A DNA stretch of 64,000 nt from Candidatus Sungiibacteriota bacterium (GTDB lineage: Bacteria > Patescibacteriota > Minisyncoccia > Sungbacterales > HO2-52-23): assembly GCA_016432465.1 (NCBI GenBank), contig CP066690.1, forward strand, positions 186,702 through 250,701, in the 5' to 3' direction. Shown here piece after piece: positions 17,724-28,984 of this stretch. Each line of letters starts with the position of its first letter. The first letter of the stretch is position 1. The translations under genes and the position numbers were made by a program. The notes below the pieces were generated by a model. That model did no database searches and was not told the origin of the DNA. It saw only the letters and a program-made list of their open reading frames with translations.

Positions 17724-18446
17724 ATGAAGTCGTCTATGGAAACTAATTTCAAAAAAGAGTCAGCAGAACGTAAAAAGAAACGTACTCAAGTAGTTATCCG
17801 GCGTCTTAAGAAAAAGTACCCTGACGCCAAAATAATTTTAAATTTTTCCAGCCCGTGGGAACTTTTGGTGGCCGTGATTTTATCTGCCCAGTGCACCGAT
17901 AAAAAGGTAAATGAAGTTACCGCGCGTCTTTTCAAGAAGTACCGGACACCGAACGACTATGTGAAGTCTAATTCGCGCGAATTAGAGAAGATAATCCGTC
18001 CTACGGGATTCTATCGCGCCAAGGCAAGAAACATTTTAGCCACCGCTAAAATCATTAAAGAAAAATTTAACGGAAAAGTTCCGCGCACGATGGCTGAAAT
18101 GTTAACGTTAAAAGGCGTGGCGCGAAAAACCGCTAATGTAGTTTTGGGCAATGCTTACGGAGTGGTGGAAGGAGTTGCGGTAGATACGCATGTGCGAAGA
18201 TTGGCGCAACGTCTCGGGCTTTCAGCAACAGACGATCCGGTAAAAATTGAGCAGGACTTAATGGCCCTCATTCCCAAAAAGGATTGGTTTAAAATCACTT
18301 ATCTTTTAATTGATCATGGCCGCGCAATTTGCACCGCCAAAGATCCGCGATGCGACTTATGCCCGTTAAATGATCGTTGCCCATCCGCATTTCAGTTTCC
18401 AAGATTCAAGAAAAATAAATCCCCACACCTTCCTACGAGATATTAA
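17724..18446 (+). CDS. nth: Endonuclease III (HhH-GPD DNA glycosylase with 4Fe-4S cluster)
   Basis: LVAVILSAQCTDKKVN, GVARKTANVV, C-x6-C-x2-C-x5-C (CTAKDPRCDLCPLNDRC). Confidence 0.85.
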   Translation: MKSSMETNFKKESAERKKKRTQVVIRRLKKKYPDAKIILNFSSPWELLVAVILSAQCTDKKVNEVTARLFKKYRTPNDYVKSNSRELEKIIRPTGFYRAKARNILATAKIIKEKFNGKVPRTMAEMLTLKGVARKTANVVLGNAYGVVEGVAVDTHVRRLAQRLGLSATDDPVKIEQDLMALIPKKDWFKITYLLIDHGRAICTAKDPRCDLCPLNDRCPSAFQFPRFKKNKSPHLPTRY

Positions 18447-18666
18447 ACCCGCCCCCACCACCTATTATATGGGTGTGGATAACCCCCTTTGACAAAACTT
18501 GCGTCGTTTGAAAAAATAAACAACGTGGGGATTGGCGCGAGTGTCTGACCACAACTCTAAAGGCCCGGCGACCTAATCGCCTCTGGTCCACACCGACGTC
18601 AATCTCCCCCCACTTAGTTCGTTAAAACAAAAAATAGCGCACCAAGCGCACATCATCATCACCTTC

Positions 18667-18690
18667 GCGGCTATCCTTCTGGATAGCCGC
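18667..18690 (-). terminator. Hairpin GCGGCTATCC ttct GGATAGCCGC immediately 3' of the clpB stop
   Basis: Palindrome read in sequence; no strong T tract. Confidence 0.3.
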
Positions 18691-18693
18691 CTA

Positions 18694-21375
18694 TTATTTT
18701 GCCCCTGCCGCAATTCGCGTGCGGTTGTTAGTTTTTTTAACGTTTTTTGAGAATGTAACCCCTCCATCTCTCACATCAACCAGCACAGAGTCGCCGCCGC
18801 TAATTTTCCCGCCGATAATCTCCTGCGCCATAGGATCAAGAATAAAAGTTTGGATGGCGCGTTTAAGCGGCCGTGCGCCATACTGAGGGTCGTATCCCTT
18901 ATCGGATACGAATTTTTTAAGCTCCGGGGTGAAAGAAACCGTAATTTCACGCATTCCCATCCTGTTTTTAACCCGCTCCAGCTGTATCTCCACAATTTTC
19001 TGAATTACAGCCGGAGTGAGCGAAGAGAAAATAATAATCTCGTCCAGCCGGTTCAGAAACTCCGGCCGGAAATGGCGCTCCAGGGCCTTACGGATTTTCT
19101 CCTTCATATCTCCTTCTTCTCTCTCCCGCGTGTCTTCGTCAGCCCCCATAAATCCGATTCGTCCAAGTTCCTGCGCATACTCGCCGCCAATGTTGGAAGT
19201 CATTATAATAATCGTATTTTTGAAGTTTATGGTGCGGCCCTTGGCATCAGTCAGACGGCCATTGTCCAGAATCTGCAGCAGGATATTGAAAACATCCGGA
19301 TGTGCTTTTTCAATTTCATCAAAAAGCACAACCGCATAAGGCCGATGTTTAATAAGTTCAGTCAGTTGTCCGCCCTCTTCATACCCAACGTAACCCGGGG
19401 GAGAACCAATAAATTTAGAAACAGTGTGGCGCTCCATATATTCGGACATATCCACGCGGATTAAAGACTTCTCATCCGAAAAAAGAGATTCGGCCAAGGC
19501 CTTGGCTAGTTCAGTTTTCCCTACGCCCGTAGGACCGAGAAATATAAAGGAACCGATCGGACGATTTTCCTCGGCAATCCCCGCGCGGGAGCGCCGGACG
19601 GCATTGGCAATTTTTTGTATGGCCTCATTCTGACCAATGACGCGTCTTTTGAGCTCTTCTTCAATTTTAAGAAGCCTAGATGCTTCAGATTCCAAAATTT
19701 TAGTAACCGGAATCCCGGTCCAGCGAGCCACAATTGTACCGATATCATCCTCCACCACCTCCCCACGCAAGAGGTGACGCGAATTCTGCAGTTTTATCAG
19801 TTGTTTTTCTGTATCATGAAGTTTTTTCTCAAGCTGAGGGATTTTACCATAACGAAGCTCGGCCACCTTTCCAAACTCTCCTGCACGCTCCGCAATATCA
19901 GATTCCTGACGTGTAGAGTCAAGGTCTTTTTTAAAAACGCGGACATTGGCAATGGTTTCTTTTTCTTCTTTCCATGATTTTTCAAAATCCTCGGTGCTCT
20001 TTTGAAGTCCGGTAATATCCGACTCAATTTTTTTAAGGCGCTCGCGGGATTTTTTATCGTGCTCTTTTTTTAAGGCTTCCTTTTCAATCTCCAGTTTCAT
20101 TATTTTGCGGCGGGAGTCATCAAGTTCTTTAGGAAGACTATCCATTTCCAGCCTCAAAGAAGAAGCCGCCTCATCCATCAGATCAACGGCCTTATCCGGC
20201 AAAAACCTATCCGTGATGTAGCGGGATGAAAGCTGGGCCGCGGCCACCAGTGCCCCATCTGTAATTTTTACTCCGTGGTGCGCCTCGTACTTTGGTTTTA
20301 GCCCACGCAAAATCGCAACGGTATCGTCCACGCTCGGCTCATCCACATAAACCGGCTGGAAACGCCGCGCCAGGGCCGGATCCCGCTCAATATGGCGCTG
20401 ATATTCTTTAAGGGTGGTTGCGCCAATAGCATGCAGTTCACCCCGCGCCAGAGCCGGTTTTAGCATATTGGAAGCATCAATCGCGCCCTCGGCTGCTCCT
20501 GCGCCAACCAAAGTATGCAGCTCGTCAATAAAAATTATGTATTTGCCCTGACTGCGCTCAATTTCGCGCAGAATTGCTTTTAGTCTGTCCTCAAATTCTC
20601 CGCGATATTTTGTTCCGGCAATTATGGCCGCAAGATCAATGGCTATCAACTCTTTATCTTTCAGTGTCTCTGGCACGTCTCCGGAAACAATGCGCTCGGC
20701 CAAACCCTCGGCAATCGCGGTTTTCCCCACTCCGGCCTCGCCAATTAACACCGGATTATTTTTGGTGCGGCGCGACAAGACCTGCATCACGCGCCTGATT
20801 TCTTCATCCCGGCCAATTACCGGATCAAGTTTTTCCTGACGAGCAAGACGGGTCAAGTTGCGCGCGTATTTTTCCACTACATTATATTTAGTCTCCGGTT
20901 CCATATCCGTAATCCTCTGCCCGCCTCTTAACTCGGCTAAGGCGCGCAAAACAATTTCTTTATTCAAACCCTCGCGATCCAAAATTTCTTTGGCGCGGGA
21001 AGGAACTTCAAGCAGGGAGAGAAAAAGATGCTCGGTGGAAATAAATTCGTCTTTTAACTGCGCGGCCTCACGATGAGCCTGCTCAATTATTTTGGCAAGG
21101 TCCTGCGTCAAATAAACCTGTCCCAAGGGGGTGGCAATCATGGCCCCTCGCGGCATGGCATCCAGCGTCTCCAAAAGCCTGTCAATAAAAGACGGTATAT
21201 CAATTTCAAGTTTTTCCAAAATGGCATCCACCGTGCCTTCTTCCTGAAGCACAAGCGCGGCAAACAAATGCAGCACATCAATTTGCTGATGTGATCTTTC
21301 CAGGGCCAAATCATGCGCTTTTTTAAGCGCCTCTTGGGCTTTAATGGTAAATTGTTGAAAAGGCGGCATATACAA
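18694..21375 (-). CDS. clpB: ATP-dependent chaperone ClpB
   Basis: Clp N-domain, two AAA+ modules ([15 protein letters not shown]; [15 protein letters not shown]), middle coiled coil; 893 aa. Confidence 0.95.
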   Translation of the reverse strand: MYMPPFQQFTIKAQEALKKAHDLALERSHQQIDVLHLFAALVLQEEGTVDAILEKLEIDIPSFIDRLLETLDAMPRGAMIATPLGQVYLTQDLAKIIEQAHREAAQLKDEFISTEHLFLSLLEVPSRAKEILDREGLNKEIVLRALAELRGGQRITDMEPETKYNVVEKYARNLTRLARQEKLDPVIGRDEEIRRVMQVLSRRTKNNPVLIGEAGVGKTAIAEGLAERIVSGDVPETLKDKELIAIDLAAIIAGTKYRGEFEDRLKAILREIERSQGKYIIFIDELHTLVGAGAAEGAIDASNMLKPALARGELHAIGATTLKEYQRHIERDPALARRFQPVYVDEPSVDDTVAILRGLKPKYEAHHGVKITDGALVAAAQLSSRYITDRFLPDKAVDLMDEAASSLRLEMDSLPKELDDSRRKIMKLEIEKEALKKEHDKKSRERLKKIESDITGLQKSTEDFEKSWKEEKETIANVRVFKKDLDSTRQESDIAERAGEFGKVAELRYGKIPQLEKKLHDTEKQLIKLQNSRHLLRGEVVEDDIGTIVARWTGIPVTKILESEASRLLKIEEELKRRVIGQNEAIQKIANAVRRSRAGIAEENRPIGSFIFLGPTGVGKTELAKALAESLFSDEKSLIRVDMSEYMERHTVSKFIGSPPGYVGYEEGGQLTELIKHRPYAVVLFDEIEKAHPDVFNILLQILDNGRLTDAKGRTINFKNTIIIMTSNIGGEYAQELGRIGFMGADEDTREREEGDMKEKIRKALERHFRPEFLNRLDEIIIFSSLTPAVIQKIVEIQLERVKNRMGMREITVSFTPELKKFVSDKGYDPQYGARPLKRAIQTFILDPMAQEIIGGKISGGDSVLVDVRDGGVTFSKNVKKTNNRTRIAAGAK

Positions 21376-21457
21376 GCTTTTAGCTTCCTAGCTTATAGGA
21401 AACTAGCGTAATTTAGCATTCATTGAATTTAACCTAGAAAGCTACAAGCTAAAAGCT
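21375..21457. repeat. Inverted repeat built from AGCTTTTAGCT-type motifs (AGCTTTTAGCTTCCTAGCTTATAGG ... CCTAGAAAGCTACAAGCTAAAAGCT) upstream of clpB
   Basis: Arms at 21375-21399 and 21433-21457; the same AGCTTTTAGCT motif is tandemly repeated at 41986-42013. Confidence 0.4.
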
Positions 21458-21499
21458 AAGAAGCTAGACATAGTATATCAAATTTTTTGTCAAAATCAA

Positions 21500-21518
21500 T
21501 AGCGGCCGGGGGCCGCTA
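21500..21518 (-). terminator. Hairpin TAGCGGCC ggg GGCCGCTA downstream of the DHH phosphoesterase gene
   Basis: GC stem followed by T-rich sequence on the minus strand. Confidence 0.4.
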
Positions 21519-21523
21519 AAATA

Positions 21524-22399
21524 CTACTTGTAACGGGGCGCGATCATGGTAAAGGGCAGAGGCGAGCCAGGGGGAAGCCGGAAACCTGCAGCATCTTTAT
21601 GCCCTCCGCCGCCAAAACGCTGGGCAAGTTCAGCCACATCAGCGGTTCCGTCGGAACGCAGACTAAACACCATTACATCTTTATTCCAATACCAAACTAT
21701 AGCCAGGGGCGGCAGCTTCTTAACCAAAAAGGACCCTAGACTTGAAGCCCAAATTGCAGAATTGACGGCAAGACACCGATATCCGCAAAACTCAACAAGT
21801 TGAGCATGGGCCGCGGTCTGCTCCACCAACATATTCCTATAACGAAGCAGGACTTCGCCCTCCTGAACGTATTGGGCAAGACCCGCCTCGGTTTGGGTAT
21901 CCTGTAGAAAACGCATCCAGCGCTCAAAATCTCTTGGGTAAGAATCAAGAAAAATCCCCAAGGCGCGTGTTTGCGGGAAACGAAATCGCCAGAGATCATA
22001 ATCTTCAATGTGCTGAAAGAGTCTGGGAAGCGGCTTTTCCGGGTGGAAATACATCCAAGCCAATACCGCTCCGGAGTGTTCAAGGTCAAAAAGATGCTGT
22101 GTAGCAAGTTCTACCGTTTCCTGATTAGTTTTATGGTGATCAACAATTGTTAAAGAACGGACCTGACCCAAAAGCTCCTGCACAATATCTTTGGGGTAAC
22201 TATAATCAAGGGTAAAAACATCCTTACCTGCAAGTCCCGCCGGAGGCGGAGTCTGATGATAAACCGGTATATATTCTGCGCTCTCCCCAAACTTTTTCCA
22301 AGCGGCAAAAGCAGCGCCAAAACCGTCATTACATTCGGCATGATAAAGTACTGCGATTTTTTTAGGTTCTTTTTCGGCCATAAAACCCTCTACGAGCAT
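21524..22399 (-). CDS. DHH/DHHA1-family phosphoesterase (NrnA-like oligoribonuclease / pAp phosphatase)
   Basis: IAVLYHAECNDGFGAAFAAW; DHH motif TIVDHHKTN; DHHA1 GGGGHKDAAGF. Confidence 0.7.
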   Translation of the reverse strand: MLVEGFMAEKEPKKIAVLYHAECNDGFGAAFAAWKKFGESAEYIPVYHQTPPPAGLAGKDVFTLDYSYPKDIVQELLGQVRSLTIVDHHKTNQETVELATQHLFDLEHSGAVLAWMYFHPEKPLPRLFQHIEDYDLWRFRFPQTRALGIFLDSYPRDFERWMRFLQDTQTEAGLAQYVQEGEVLLRYRNMLVEQTAAHAQLVEFCGYRCLAVNSAIWASSLGSFLVKKLPPLAIVWYWNKDVMVFSLRSDGTADVAELAQRFGGGGHKDAAGFRLPPGSPLPFTMIAPRYK

Positions 22400-22423
22400 T
22401 ATATCCTAATTTTAGCATAAATC

Positions 22424-22461
22424 CCCCCACCTTTCCAGCGGGGTATTCTGGGAAGGTGGGG
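22424..22461. repeat. GC-rich hairpin-family copy CCCCCCACCTTTCCAGcggggtattCTGGGAAGGTGGGGG between pgk and the DHH gene
   Basis: Same unit as 40119-40159 and 39171-39348. Confidence 0.6.
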
Positions 22462-22480
22462 GATAAAATATAAAGCAGCG

Positions 22481-23578
22481 CTAGTGAGCGCCGCTTTCTC
22501 TTACTGCTTCAATCCCGGGCAAAGTACCCTCAGCCAAAAATTCAAGCATGGCCCCTCCGCCCGTGGAAATAAAATTAAAATTCCCTTCAAGGCGGGACTT
22601 ATGGATCGCGGCAACCGTGTCACCCCCTCCGGCGATACGGTATGCTTGTACCCAACCCAGTCCTGCCATTAAGGCTAGCGTTCCCGCGTCGTAACCACCC
22701 TCGCACCAGCCCAAGGTTCCATTCCATAAAATAAAACTGCTGGTTTTAGCGACGGCAAGAAGCGCCTCTACGGTTTGCGGACCCACGTCATATATAATGT
22801 CGTTATCGGTTACTTCTTCCGGTTTGAGTACTTTTTTCTCCCGTTCCACTACCACGTCTTCGGACAATACTATTTTTTTACCCCAAAGAATCTCTTTGGG
22901 TAAGGAGATCGGCTCAACTCGGGAGCGACCCACCCTTAGGCCGCGTGCGGCCATAAAAGAATTGCCAATCGAGCCGCCGATAAACACAACGTCTGCTGTT
23001 TTGATTAAATTTTCCAGAAGCGGCGTTTTAGTATCAAACTTTTTCCCCCCTAGGATGAGAAGGAATGGATGCAGGGGGTCAAATGCCTTAGACAAATTAT
23101 TAACTTCGCGCTGAAACAAAGATCCAAATCCCGATGGCAAAAAACGCGGCACGCTCACAATAGAGGCGTGGGGACGATGTGACACCGAGAAAGCTTCGTT
23201 AATATAAAGTTCACCCCAAGAAGCAAGAAGTCTTGCAAATTCCAAGTCGTTTGCTTTTTCTCCCGGGTTAAGACGTAAATTGTCAAAGAGAACAACTCGT
23301 TCCTCCAAGTCATACGGCTCGCCAACCAAACCCGGTAAAAACCGCACCGGCTCCCCAAGCAAATCTTCAACCACTTTATGTACCGCTTCCAGATGTGGAA
23401 TTTCTTTATCTTGTTCCAGGTGTGTTGCTAAAAGCAACTGCGCTCCGCCTGCCAGAAACCCCTTAATGGTCGGGAGCGTAACCGCAATCCGAAAATCATC
23501 AACAACTCTGCCGCCTTCAAGGGGCACGTTAAAATCAACACGCATCAACACCCGTTTTCCATTAACATCGTTGGTCAT
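22481..23578 (-). CDS. pgk: Phosphoglycerate kinase
   Basis: RVDFNVPL signature; C-terminal ISTGGGAMLEFLAEG. Confidence 0.9.
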   Translation of the reverse strand: MTNDVNGKRVLMRVDFNVPLEGGRVVDDFRIAVTLPTIKGFLAGGAQLLLATHLEQDKEIPHLEAVHKVVEDLLGEPVRFLPGLVGEPYDLEERVVLFDNLRLNPGEKANDLEFARLLASWGELYINEAFSVSHRPHASIVSVPRFLPSGFGSLFQREVNNLSKAFDPLHPFLLILGGKKFDTKTPLLENLIKTADVVFIGGSIGNSFMAARGLRVGRSRVEPISLPKEILWGKKIVLSEDVVVEREKKVLKPEEVTDNDIIYDVGPQTVEALLAVAKTSSFILWNGTLGWCEGGYDAGTLALMAGLGWVQAYRIAGGGDTVAAIHKSRLEGNFNFISTGGGAMLEFLAEGTLPGIEAVRESGAH

Positions 23579-23639
23579 GGCTGAACCTAACTAAAGGAGT
23601 CAACCATAAGATAACATAATTACGGAAAAAGTGAAATGC

Positions 23640-23664
23640 AAACCCCGCCTTTGGGGCGGGGTTT
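23640..23664 (-). terminator. Intrinsic terminator AAACCCCGCC tttgg GGCGGGGTTT just after the htrA-like stop
   Basis: 10-bp GC stem plus T-rich tail on the minus strand. Confidence 0.55.
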
Positions 23665-23668
23665 TGAG

Positions 23669-24946
23669 TTATTTCCTCTCTTCCAACTTTATTTTTACCT
23701 CAAACTCTTTTCCTTCGCGAAAAACCTTAAGGGTGATCTCTGCTCCAACCTGATATTTTTGTATAAGAGAAGCCAGAGTTTGTTCTTGATCAATCCGCTC
23801 GCCATTTAACTCCAAAATAATGTCGCCGGCGCGTAATCCCGCGCGACCCGCAGGACTACCAGGTATAACCGCGTATTCGGTCTCGCTCCCCTTAAGAAGC
23901 GCGCCGTAGTCTCTACCCAGTTTTTCTTTTTCGGCCAAAGTCTTGGTGACCGCAATATAGCGCACTCCCAGAAACGGATAAATAATTTTTCCGTGCGTTC
24001 GGACATTTTCCAGCGCGCGTTTTACTTTATTGACCGGGATGGCAAAGCCGATGTTTTCCGCACCGCGGGCCACGGCCGTATTTATGCCGATAACCTCGCC
24101 CCTTAGGTTTAAAAGCGGACCGCCGGAATTTCCTGGATTTATAGCGGCATCCGTTTGGATTAACTCCTGGAGCATCTCGGGACCAGTGGGCGCGCCGGAT
24201 GCAACCACCGAGCGCTGCAAGCCAGATACAATTCCTACTGATACCGTGTTCCTAAACTCTCCCAAGGCGTTGCCGATCGCAATAACGCTTTGCCCAATTT
24301 TCACGCGTGACGAATCTCCAAATTTAAGCAAGGGGTGGTCGGTCCCATCAATTTTTAATACCGCTAGATCCTGCAGGGGATCCCGCGCCAGAACTTTGGC
24401 CGGAACCTTGCGTCCGTCATTCATCAAAGCGGTGTAGTCCGCATCTTTATCCGCAACAACATGTTTATTAGTGACTATAAATCCATCCGAAGACACGATA
24501 AAGCCGGTTCCGGAGGACACCTCTTCTCTTTTTGTCCCCTTTTGTCTGAACTGCGGAATACTAAAACCCGAACCGTCTCCAAAAAACTGACGGAAAAACG
24601 GATCATCGCCAAAAGGATCAATAAAAAATTGTTCTACCACCGGAACGTCTTTGGAGGCAACCACGCTAACCACGGCCGGGGATGATTCTTCCACCACCCG
24701 CACCACCAGCTCGTCTTGCCGCAAAATTTTTTCCTGAATCTCGGTATTGTTGCTTATTTTTTCTGTTATTTTTTCAAGAATTTTTTGCGGCCGGTTAAAA
24801 AAGAAAGGCTCCCCGCCGGGCATTTCCTGACTAAAAAGCGGCCCCACCGTACCTAAAGTGAGAATTGTACCTATAACAGCCACGATAAAACTTAAAACAA
24901 CGGTAAAAATTACAATTTGTCTGGTGGTAGGTTGATTTTCATCCAT
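23669..24946 (-). CDS. Trypsin-like serine protease with a PDZ domain (HtrA/DegP family)
   Basis: TNKHVV (His), GNSGGPLLN (Ser) catalytic motifs; C-terminal PDZ; N-terminal TM. Confidence 0.9.
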   Translation of the reverse strand: MDENQPTTRQIVIFTVVLSFIVAVIGTILTLGTVGPLFSQEMPGGEPFFFNRPQKILEKITEKISNNTEIQEKILRQDELVVRVVEESSPAVVSVVASKDVPVVEQFFIDPFGDDPFFRQFFGDGSGFSIPQFRQKGTKREEVSSGTGFIVSSDGFIVTNKHVVADKDADYTALMNDGRKVPAKVLARDPLQDLAVLKIDGTDHPLLKFGDSSRVKIGQSVIAIGNALGEFRNTVSVGIVSGLQRSVVASGAPTGPEMLQELIQTDAAINPGNSGGPLLNLRGEVIGINTAVARGAENIGFAIPVNKVKRALENVRTHGKIIYPFLGVRYIAVTKTLAEKEKLGRDYGALLKGSETEYAVIPGSPAGRAGLRAGDIILELNGERIDQEQTLASLIQKYQVGAEITLKVFREGKEFEVKIKLEERK

Positions 24947-25027
24947 ATGACAAATAATAACATATCATAACACTTATGTTAAATAGTACGGTGTCGTTTC
25001 CGGCACAAAAGAAACAAAGAACCCCGC

Positions 25028-26827
25028 CTAAGCGGAGTCTCTCATGAGCACCTGAACACGTGCCCCGTCTATTTCTTCTTTTTCCAGAAGTTCGCTGGCA
25101 ATACGTTTTAGGGCCGCTTTTTTTTCAACCAAAATACTGCTGACTCTTTCTCTCTGCTCTTTAAGCAACACGTCTATTCCCTCGTCAACTTTCTGCCACA
25201 GGGCTTCCGAAGCTTCAACTGTTTGCGACTGGGCAACCGGAAGGAATTTGGGCTGCTCCTCGGAAACCAATGTTCGCAACCCCAAAGAACCCATGCCAAA
25301 TTCTGTCACCATACGCCGCGCAAGATCAGTGGCCCTCTTGAGATCATCACTCGCGCCGGTTGATATCTCACTAAAAATAAGTTCCTCGGCCAAGCGTCCG
25401 CCCAAAAGCACAGCCAGCCGCGCCTTAAGTTCTTTTTCAGAAGCTATATAACGATCTGCCTCCGGCAACTGATGCGTGCTGCCAAGGGACATACCGCGCG
25501 GGACAATGGTTACTTTATGAATCGGGTCTGCGCCCTCTTCTTTTAGAAAAGCCGCTACCACAGTATGTCCTGCTTCGTGGTGCGCCACGACTTCTTTTTC
25601 TCTTCCCGATATTACCCGGTTTTTTAAAGCTGCGCCCATTATCAGCCTATCCTTGGCCTGCTCAAAATCAGCCATGGAAACCCGGTCTCTGTCGTTTCTT
25701 ACGGCAACAATAACAGCTTCATTAACCAAGTTAGCAAGGTCTGCTCCCACCCAGAGCGGCGTGCCGCGGGCAATGGTAACTAAGTCAACATCTTGGGCAA
25801 GGGTTACTTTCTGCGTATGAATTTTAAGAATTGCTTCTCGTCCTCTTAGGTCCGGAACCGGAATCTCTATTTTCCGATCAAACCTTCCGGGACGAAGAAG
25901 CGCAGGATCCAGTATTTCCGGCCGATTGGTTGCGGCCACAACGATAACGCCGCTATTGGGTTCAAAACCGTCCATCTCTACCAAAAGCTGGTTTAAAGTC
26001 TGTTCGCGCTCTTCGTGTCCTCCCATGATTCCAAAACTGCGCGCCTTTCCCACCGCATCCAGCTCATCAATAAATACAATACAAGGGGCAAGCTTTAAAG
26101 ACTCACTAAACAGATCCCGTACCCGTGCTGCCCCAAGTCCCACAAACATCTCAACAAAGTCAGACCCGGCTATGGAGATAAAAGGAACGCTGGCTTCGCC
26201 AGCCACGGCCTTGGCAAGAAGCGTCTTGCCGGTTCCGGGACGACCCACCAACAACACTCCTTTGGGAATTTTTGCTCCCAAGCGCTGGAATTTCTGGGGA
26301 TTGCGCAAAAACTCAATAACCTCCTCCAGTTCTTCCTTAGATTCGTCCACTCCAGCCACGTCGGCAAAACTAACTCCGGGACGTTTATCAATATAAATTT
26401 TAGCCCTGCTTTTACCTAAAGATGCCAATCCTCCACCCGGCTGCCCCAGCTTGCGCATCAGAAATTGCCATAGGATAAATAATGCCGCCATCGGCAGAAT
26501 CCATGCGAATAAAAGTCCTGTCAACCAAGAAGTTTCTTCCGACTGTATCCTTATATTTTTACTTTTGATTAGAGGAAAGAAATCTTTATCCTGCGCAGGC
26601 ACCACCACTGATTCCCATTGGCCGTCTTTGGTATAGGCCCTTACGCTTGGACTGTCTGCTTTTATCCTGATTTCAACAATCCCACCTGTCTCTATTTGTT
26701 TTAGAAAGTCGGTGTAAGAAATGCTCGGAGTTGTACCCTTGAAACTCTGTATAGCCATAAACATAAAAAGTGCGACCGCAACCCAAACGAGCCATGATGC
26801 GAAGTTGAAGGGAGGTTTTTTCTCCAC
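25028..26827 (-). CDS. ftsH: ATP-dependent zinc metalloprotease FtsH
   Basis: Two N-terminal TM segments; Walker [19 protein letters not shown]; HEAGH zinc site. Confidence 0.95.
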   Translation of the reverse strand: MEKKPPFNFASWLVWVAVALFMFMAIQSFKGTTPSISYTDFLKQIETGGIVEIRIKADSPSVRAYTKDGQWESVVVPAQDKDFFPLIKSKNIRIQSEETSWLTGLLFAWILPMAALFILWQFLMRKLGQPGGGLASLGKSRAKIYIDKRPGVSFADVAGVDESKEELEEVIEFLRNPQKFQRLGAKIPKGVLLVGRPGTGKTLLAKAVAGEASVPFISIAGSDFVEMFVGLGAARVRDLFSESLKLAPCIVFIDELDAVGKARSFGIMGGHEEREQTLNQLLVEMDGFEPNSGVIVVAATNRPEILDPALLRPGRFDRKIEIPVPDLRGREAILKIHTQKVTLAQDVDLVTIARGTPLWVGADLANLVNEAVIVAVRNDRDRVSMADFEQAKDRLIMGAALKNRVISGREKEVVAHHEAGHTVVAAFLKEEGADPIHKVTIVPRGMSLGSTHQLPEADRYIASEKELKARLAVLLGGRLAEELIFSEISTGASDDLKRATDLARRMVTEFGMGSLGLRTLVSEEQPKFLPVAQSQTVEASEALWQKVDEGIDVLLKEQRERVSSILVEKKAALKRIASELLEKEEIDGARVQVLMRDSA

Positions 26828-26932
26828 TGCGCCTACCCGCTTGCGTCAAAGAACTTATGGTCTATGATACTCTGTTTTGTCAAAAAAACAAGCCCGCGAG
26901 ATAGATATCTCACGGGTAAATATTGTTAAAAG

Positions 26933-27991
26933 TCAGAAAATCTTAACCAGATATTTATCTGGGACATCGGGCCAAGTTTGCAAAATTTCAACAAGATAAG
27001 GGAAAGAGGCGTTTATCAAAGACCTGCTGGATTCTTCCGGTCTGATAATGCCGGGGATATCAGGCAGATTGCATACGGTAATGCGTCTGGGCTTGGACCA
27101 AAGTAAACCGGTTATCCCGCGCACAACCGTATAAATGGGTTTATGTCCAAAGGTCAGCTGACAAAACTCCTCATCGTCAATGTTTCCACCCTCGTCAATG
27201 GACACCTGAAGAATAAATGCGTCATTGGGTAGAAACTCTAGGTGCGATCTTTTCAAAAATTTTGGAGCACCAAAACCCTTGGTAACTGCCGCGAGCACCA
27301 GTATCCCGCATTTTTTCAATGCCTTTTCAAGGGCCCCACTGTCTTCTGTACTTAAAGTCTCGTAAGTCGCCCCGCTTTCCGGATCCTTGAAAAGACCGGA
27401 AACAATATCAAAAGCGTGGATCTTGCTTGTGGGAACTCCAGCCTCAAGAGCCGCGGCAATCGCATGCCTGCACACGACGCCCCGTGCTCCTCCAAAAAAT
27501 ATGTGAGTATTGCGCCAAGTCCTGCCTTGGTGTTCGTTGAGAAGATCTACTATCCTGTGCCCCGCTTCCCTGCTCATTGTTGAAAGTATGTGCGGATCGT
27601 GACGAGTAGGATAGTACTCATAGGGCAGTATTTTAACTCCCTTTGCCAGAAGTTTACCTACAGTTTCTTTGTTGGCGTGAACATGAGGAAAACAAATTAG
27701 TCCTTGGCCTTCCCGATAAAACTCTATTTCTTCAGGAAATGGCTGCTTGACTTTAAGCACTATGTCGGCCGCGCGATACAAAATATCTTTATCCCTTGCT
27801 ACCATGGCCTCCGGTCGCCAGTATTGATATTTAATACCCAAAGACCTGCCAAGACCCTCCTCCACAACAAACTTGATCCTGCGTTCAGTAACTGCTTTTT
27901 TAAGCAGGGGGATGGTGTCTGGAAAAATAGGCACGCGTCCCTCGCAGGGCATAATTTCGCGAGGAACAGCAACAATAAGGGGTTCCGGCAT
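26933..27991 (-). CDS. Alanine dehydrogenase / PNT-family dehydrogenase (divergent)
   Basis: VAVPREI...GRVPIFP and IVLKVKQPFPEEIEFYREGQGLICF align with the AlaDH N-terminal motifs (IGVPKEI; MVMKVKEPLPEE); degenerate Rossmann motif FFGGARGVV. Confidence 0.6.
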   Translation of the reverse strand: MPEPLIVAVPREIMPCEGRVPIFPDTIPLLKKAVTERRIKFVVEEGLGRSLGIKYQYWRPEAMVARDKDILYRAADIVLKVKQPFPEEIEFYREGQGLICFPHVHANKETVGKLLAKGVKILPYEYYPTRHDPHILSTMSREAGHRIVDLLNEHQGRTWRNTHIFFGGARGVVCRHAIAAALEAGVPTSKIHAFDIVSGLFKDPESGATYETLSTEDSGALEKALKKCGILVLAAVTKGFGAPKFLKRSHLEFLPNDAFILQVSIDEGGNIDDEEFCQLTFGHKPIYTVVRGITGLLWSKPRRITVCNLPDIPGIIRPEESSRSLINASFPYLVEILQTWPDVPDKYLVKIF

Positions 27992-28057
27992 TTTCTAACC
28001 TTTTTGTTAAGGGCCTAATCCAATGTAATTTTACATCAAATTGTACTGTACGTCAAG

Positions 28058-28279
28058 CTATAATACTGCCTCTACCTTTCTTACCTCTTTAATCTTTGAT
28101 TTCAGAAGTTCTTCTACGCCGCCTTTCAGGGTAAGCTGCGATAAAGGACAGCCCTGACAAGTTCCAAGGAGACGCACATAAACCACTCCGTCTTCAAACT
28201 TTACAAATTCAATATCGCCGCGGTGCCACGCGAGCATGGGACGAATTTCATTAAGTACTGCTTCAATTTTTTGATCCAT
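28058..28279 (-). CDS. NifU-like (Nfu C-terminal domain) Fe-S cluster carrier protein
   Basis: IRPMLAWHRGDIEFVKFEDGVVYVRLLGTCQGCPLSQLTL. Confidence 0.75.
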   Translation of the reverse strand: MDQKIEAVLNEIRPMLAWHRGDIEFVKFEDGVVYVRLLGTCQGCPLSQLTLKGGVEELLKSKIKEVRKVEAVL

Positions 28280-28296
28280 AATAATTAATTTTCTTT

Positions 28297-28977
28297 TTAT
28301 AAAAATTGCGACACAAAAGAATCCGGGTCCTCAACGCTTAAAGAAAGTTCTGGAATTTTTTCAACGTATTCCGGCGCGCCAACGACAAAGTCCGGGCTGC
28401 CAAGTATTAAACCAAGTTTTTTAACTTCTTTATCTACACACTCCTCAAAGTACTCACCAAAACAACTAATCGGGGTGCGGGGCGGAATTTCAATTGATTT
28501 AGCTTCCAAGATTTTTTTCAATCTTTCTCTTTGCTTATCAAACCACGGGTCGTTTCTTTGGTCCTGTGTAAAAAGAAGGATTAACCGCCGACCCAGTTTT
28601 TTCTTGGCTTCTAGTATACGCGTAAGGTCACGCTCAACATCCTTGATAAATACGGCCCACTTCTCTGCTGCACCCGCGATAACCTCACCCCTTTTTACTT
28701 TGGCGCGCACTTGAAAAGCTTCAATCGGAAAGGCAGAAACATAAAAAAGTATAGAGTCTGGTTCTCGTACAATTTGATTGATTTTCTCCTCCCAAAGACT
28801 GCGTAAATTTTTGTGACGGGGGTTACTTGCACCCTGACCGTAATAGCCCACATCGAAATCGGGGTGGATAAGCTGATAGATTTTGCTTACAACTAACTTT
28901 TCCCGGGTTTCTTTTGAACCTTTTGAGCCATCCCCTGTTTCCGGCGTCAACTCCATTTTTCCTGCTTCTCTCAACAT
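28297..28977 (-). CDS. Hypothetical protein
   Basis: Co-oriented ORF between nfu and sod; no recognisable motif. Confidence 0.4.
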   Translation of the reverse strand: MLREAGKMELTPETGDGSKGSKETREKLVVSKIYQLIHPDFDVGYYGQGASNPRHKNLRSLWEEKINQIVREPDSILFYVSAFPIEAFQVRAKVKRGEVIAGAAEKWAVFIKDVERDLTRILEAKKKLGRRLILLFTQDQRNDPWFDKQRERLKKILEAKSIEIPPRTPISCFGEYFEECVDKEVKKLGLILGSPDFVVGAPEYVEKIPELSLSVEDPDSFVSQFL

Positions 28978-28984
28978 ACGGAAA

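Noticed and set aside
21376-21523. CIRCE/HrcA, CtsR or HAIR heat-shock operator upstream of clpB
   Set aside because: I searched by eye for TTAGCACTC-N9-GAGTGCTAA, GGTCAAA repeats and CTTGAGT-N7-ACTCAAG and found none. Only the unrelated AGCTTTTAGCT inverted pair and a possible extended -10 (TGaTATACT at 21472-21480) are present.
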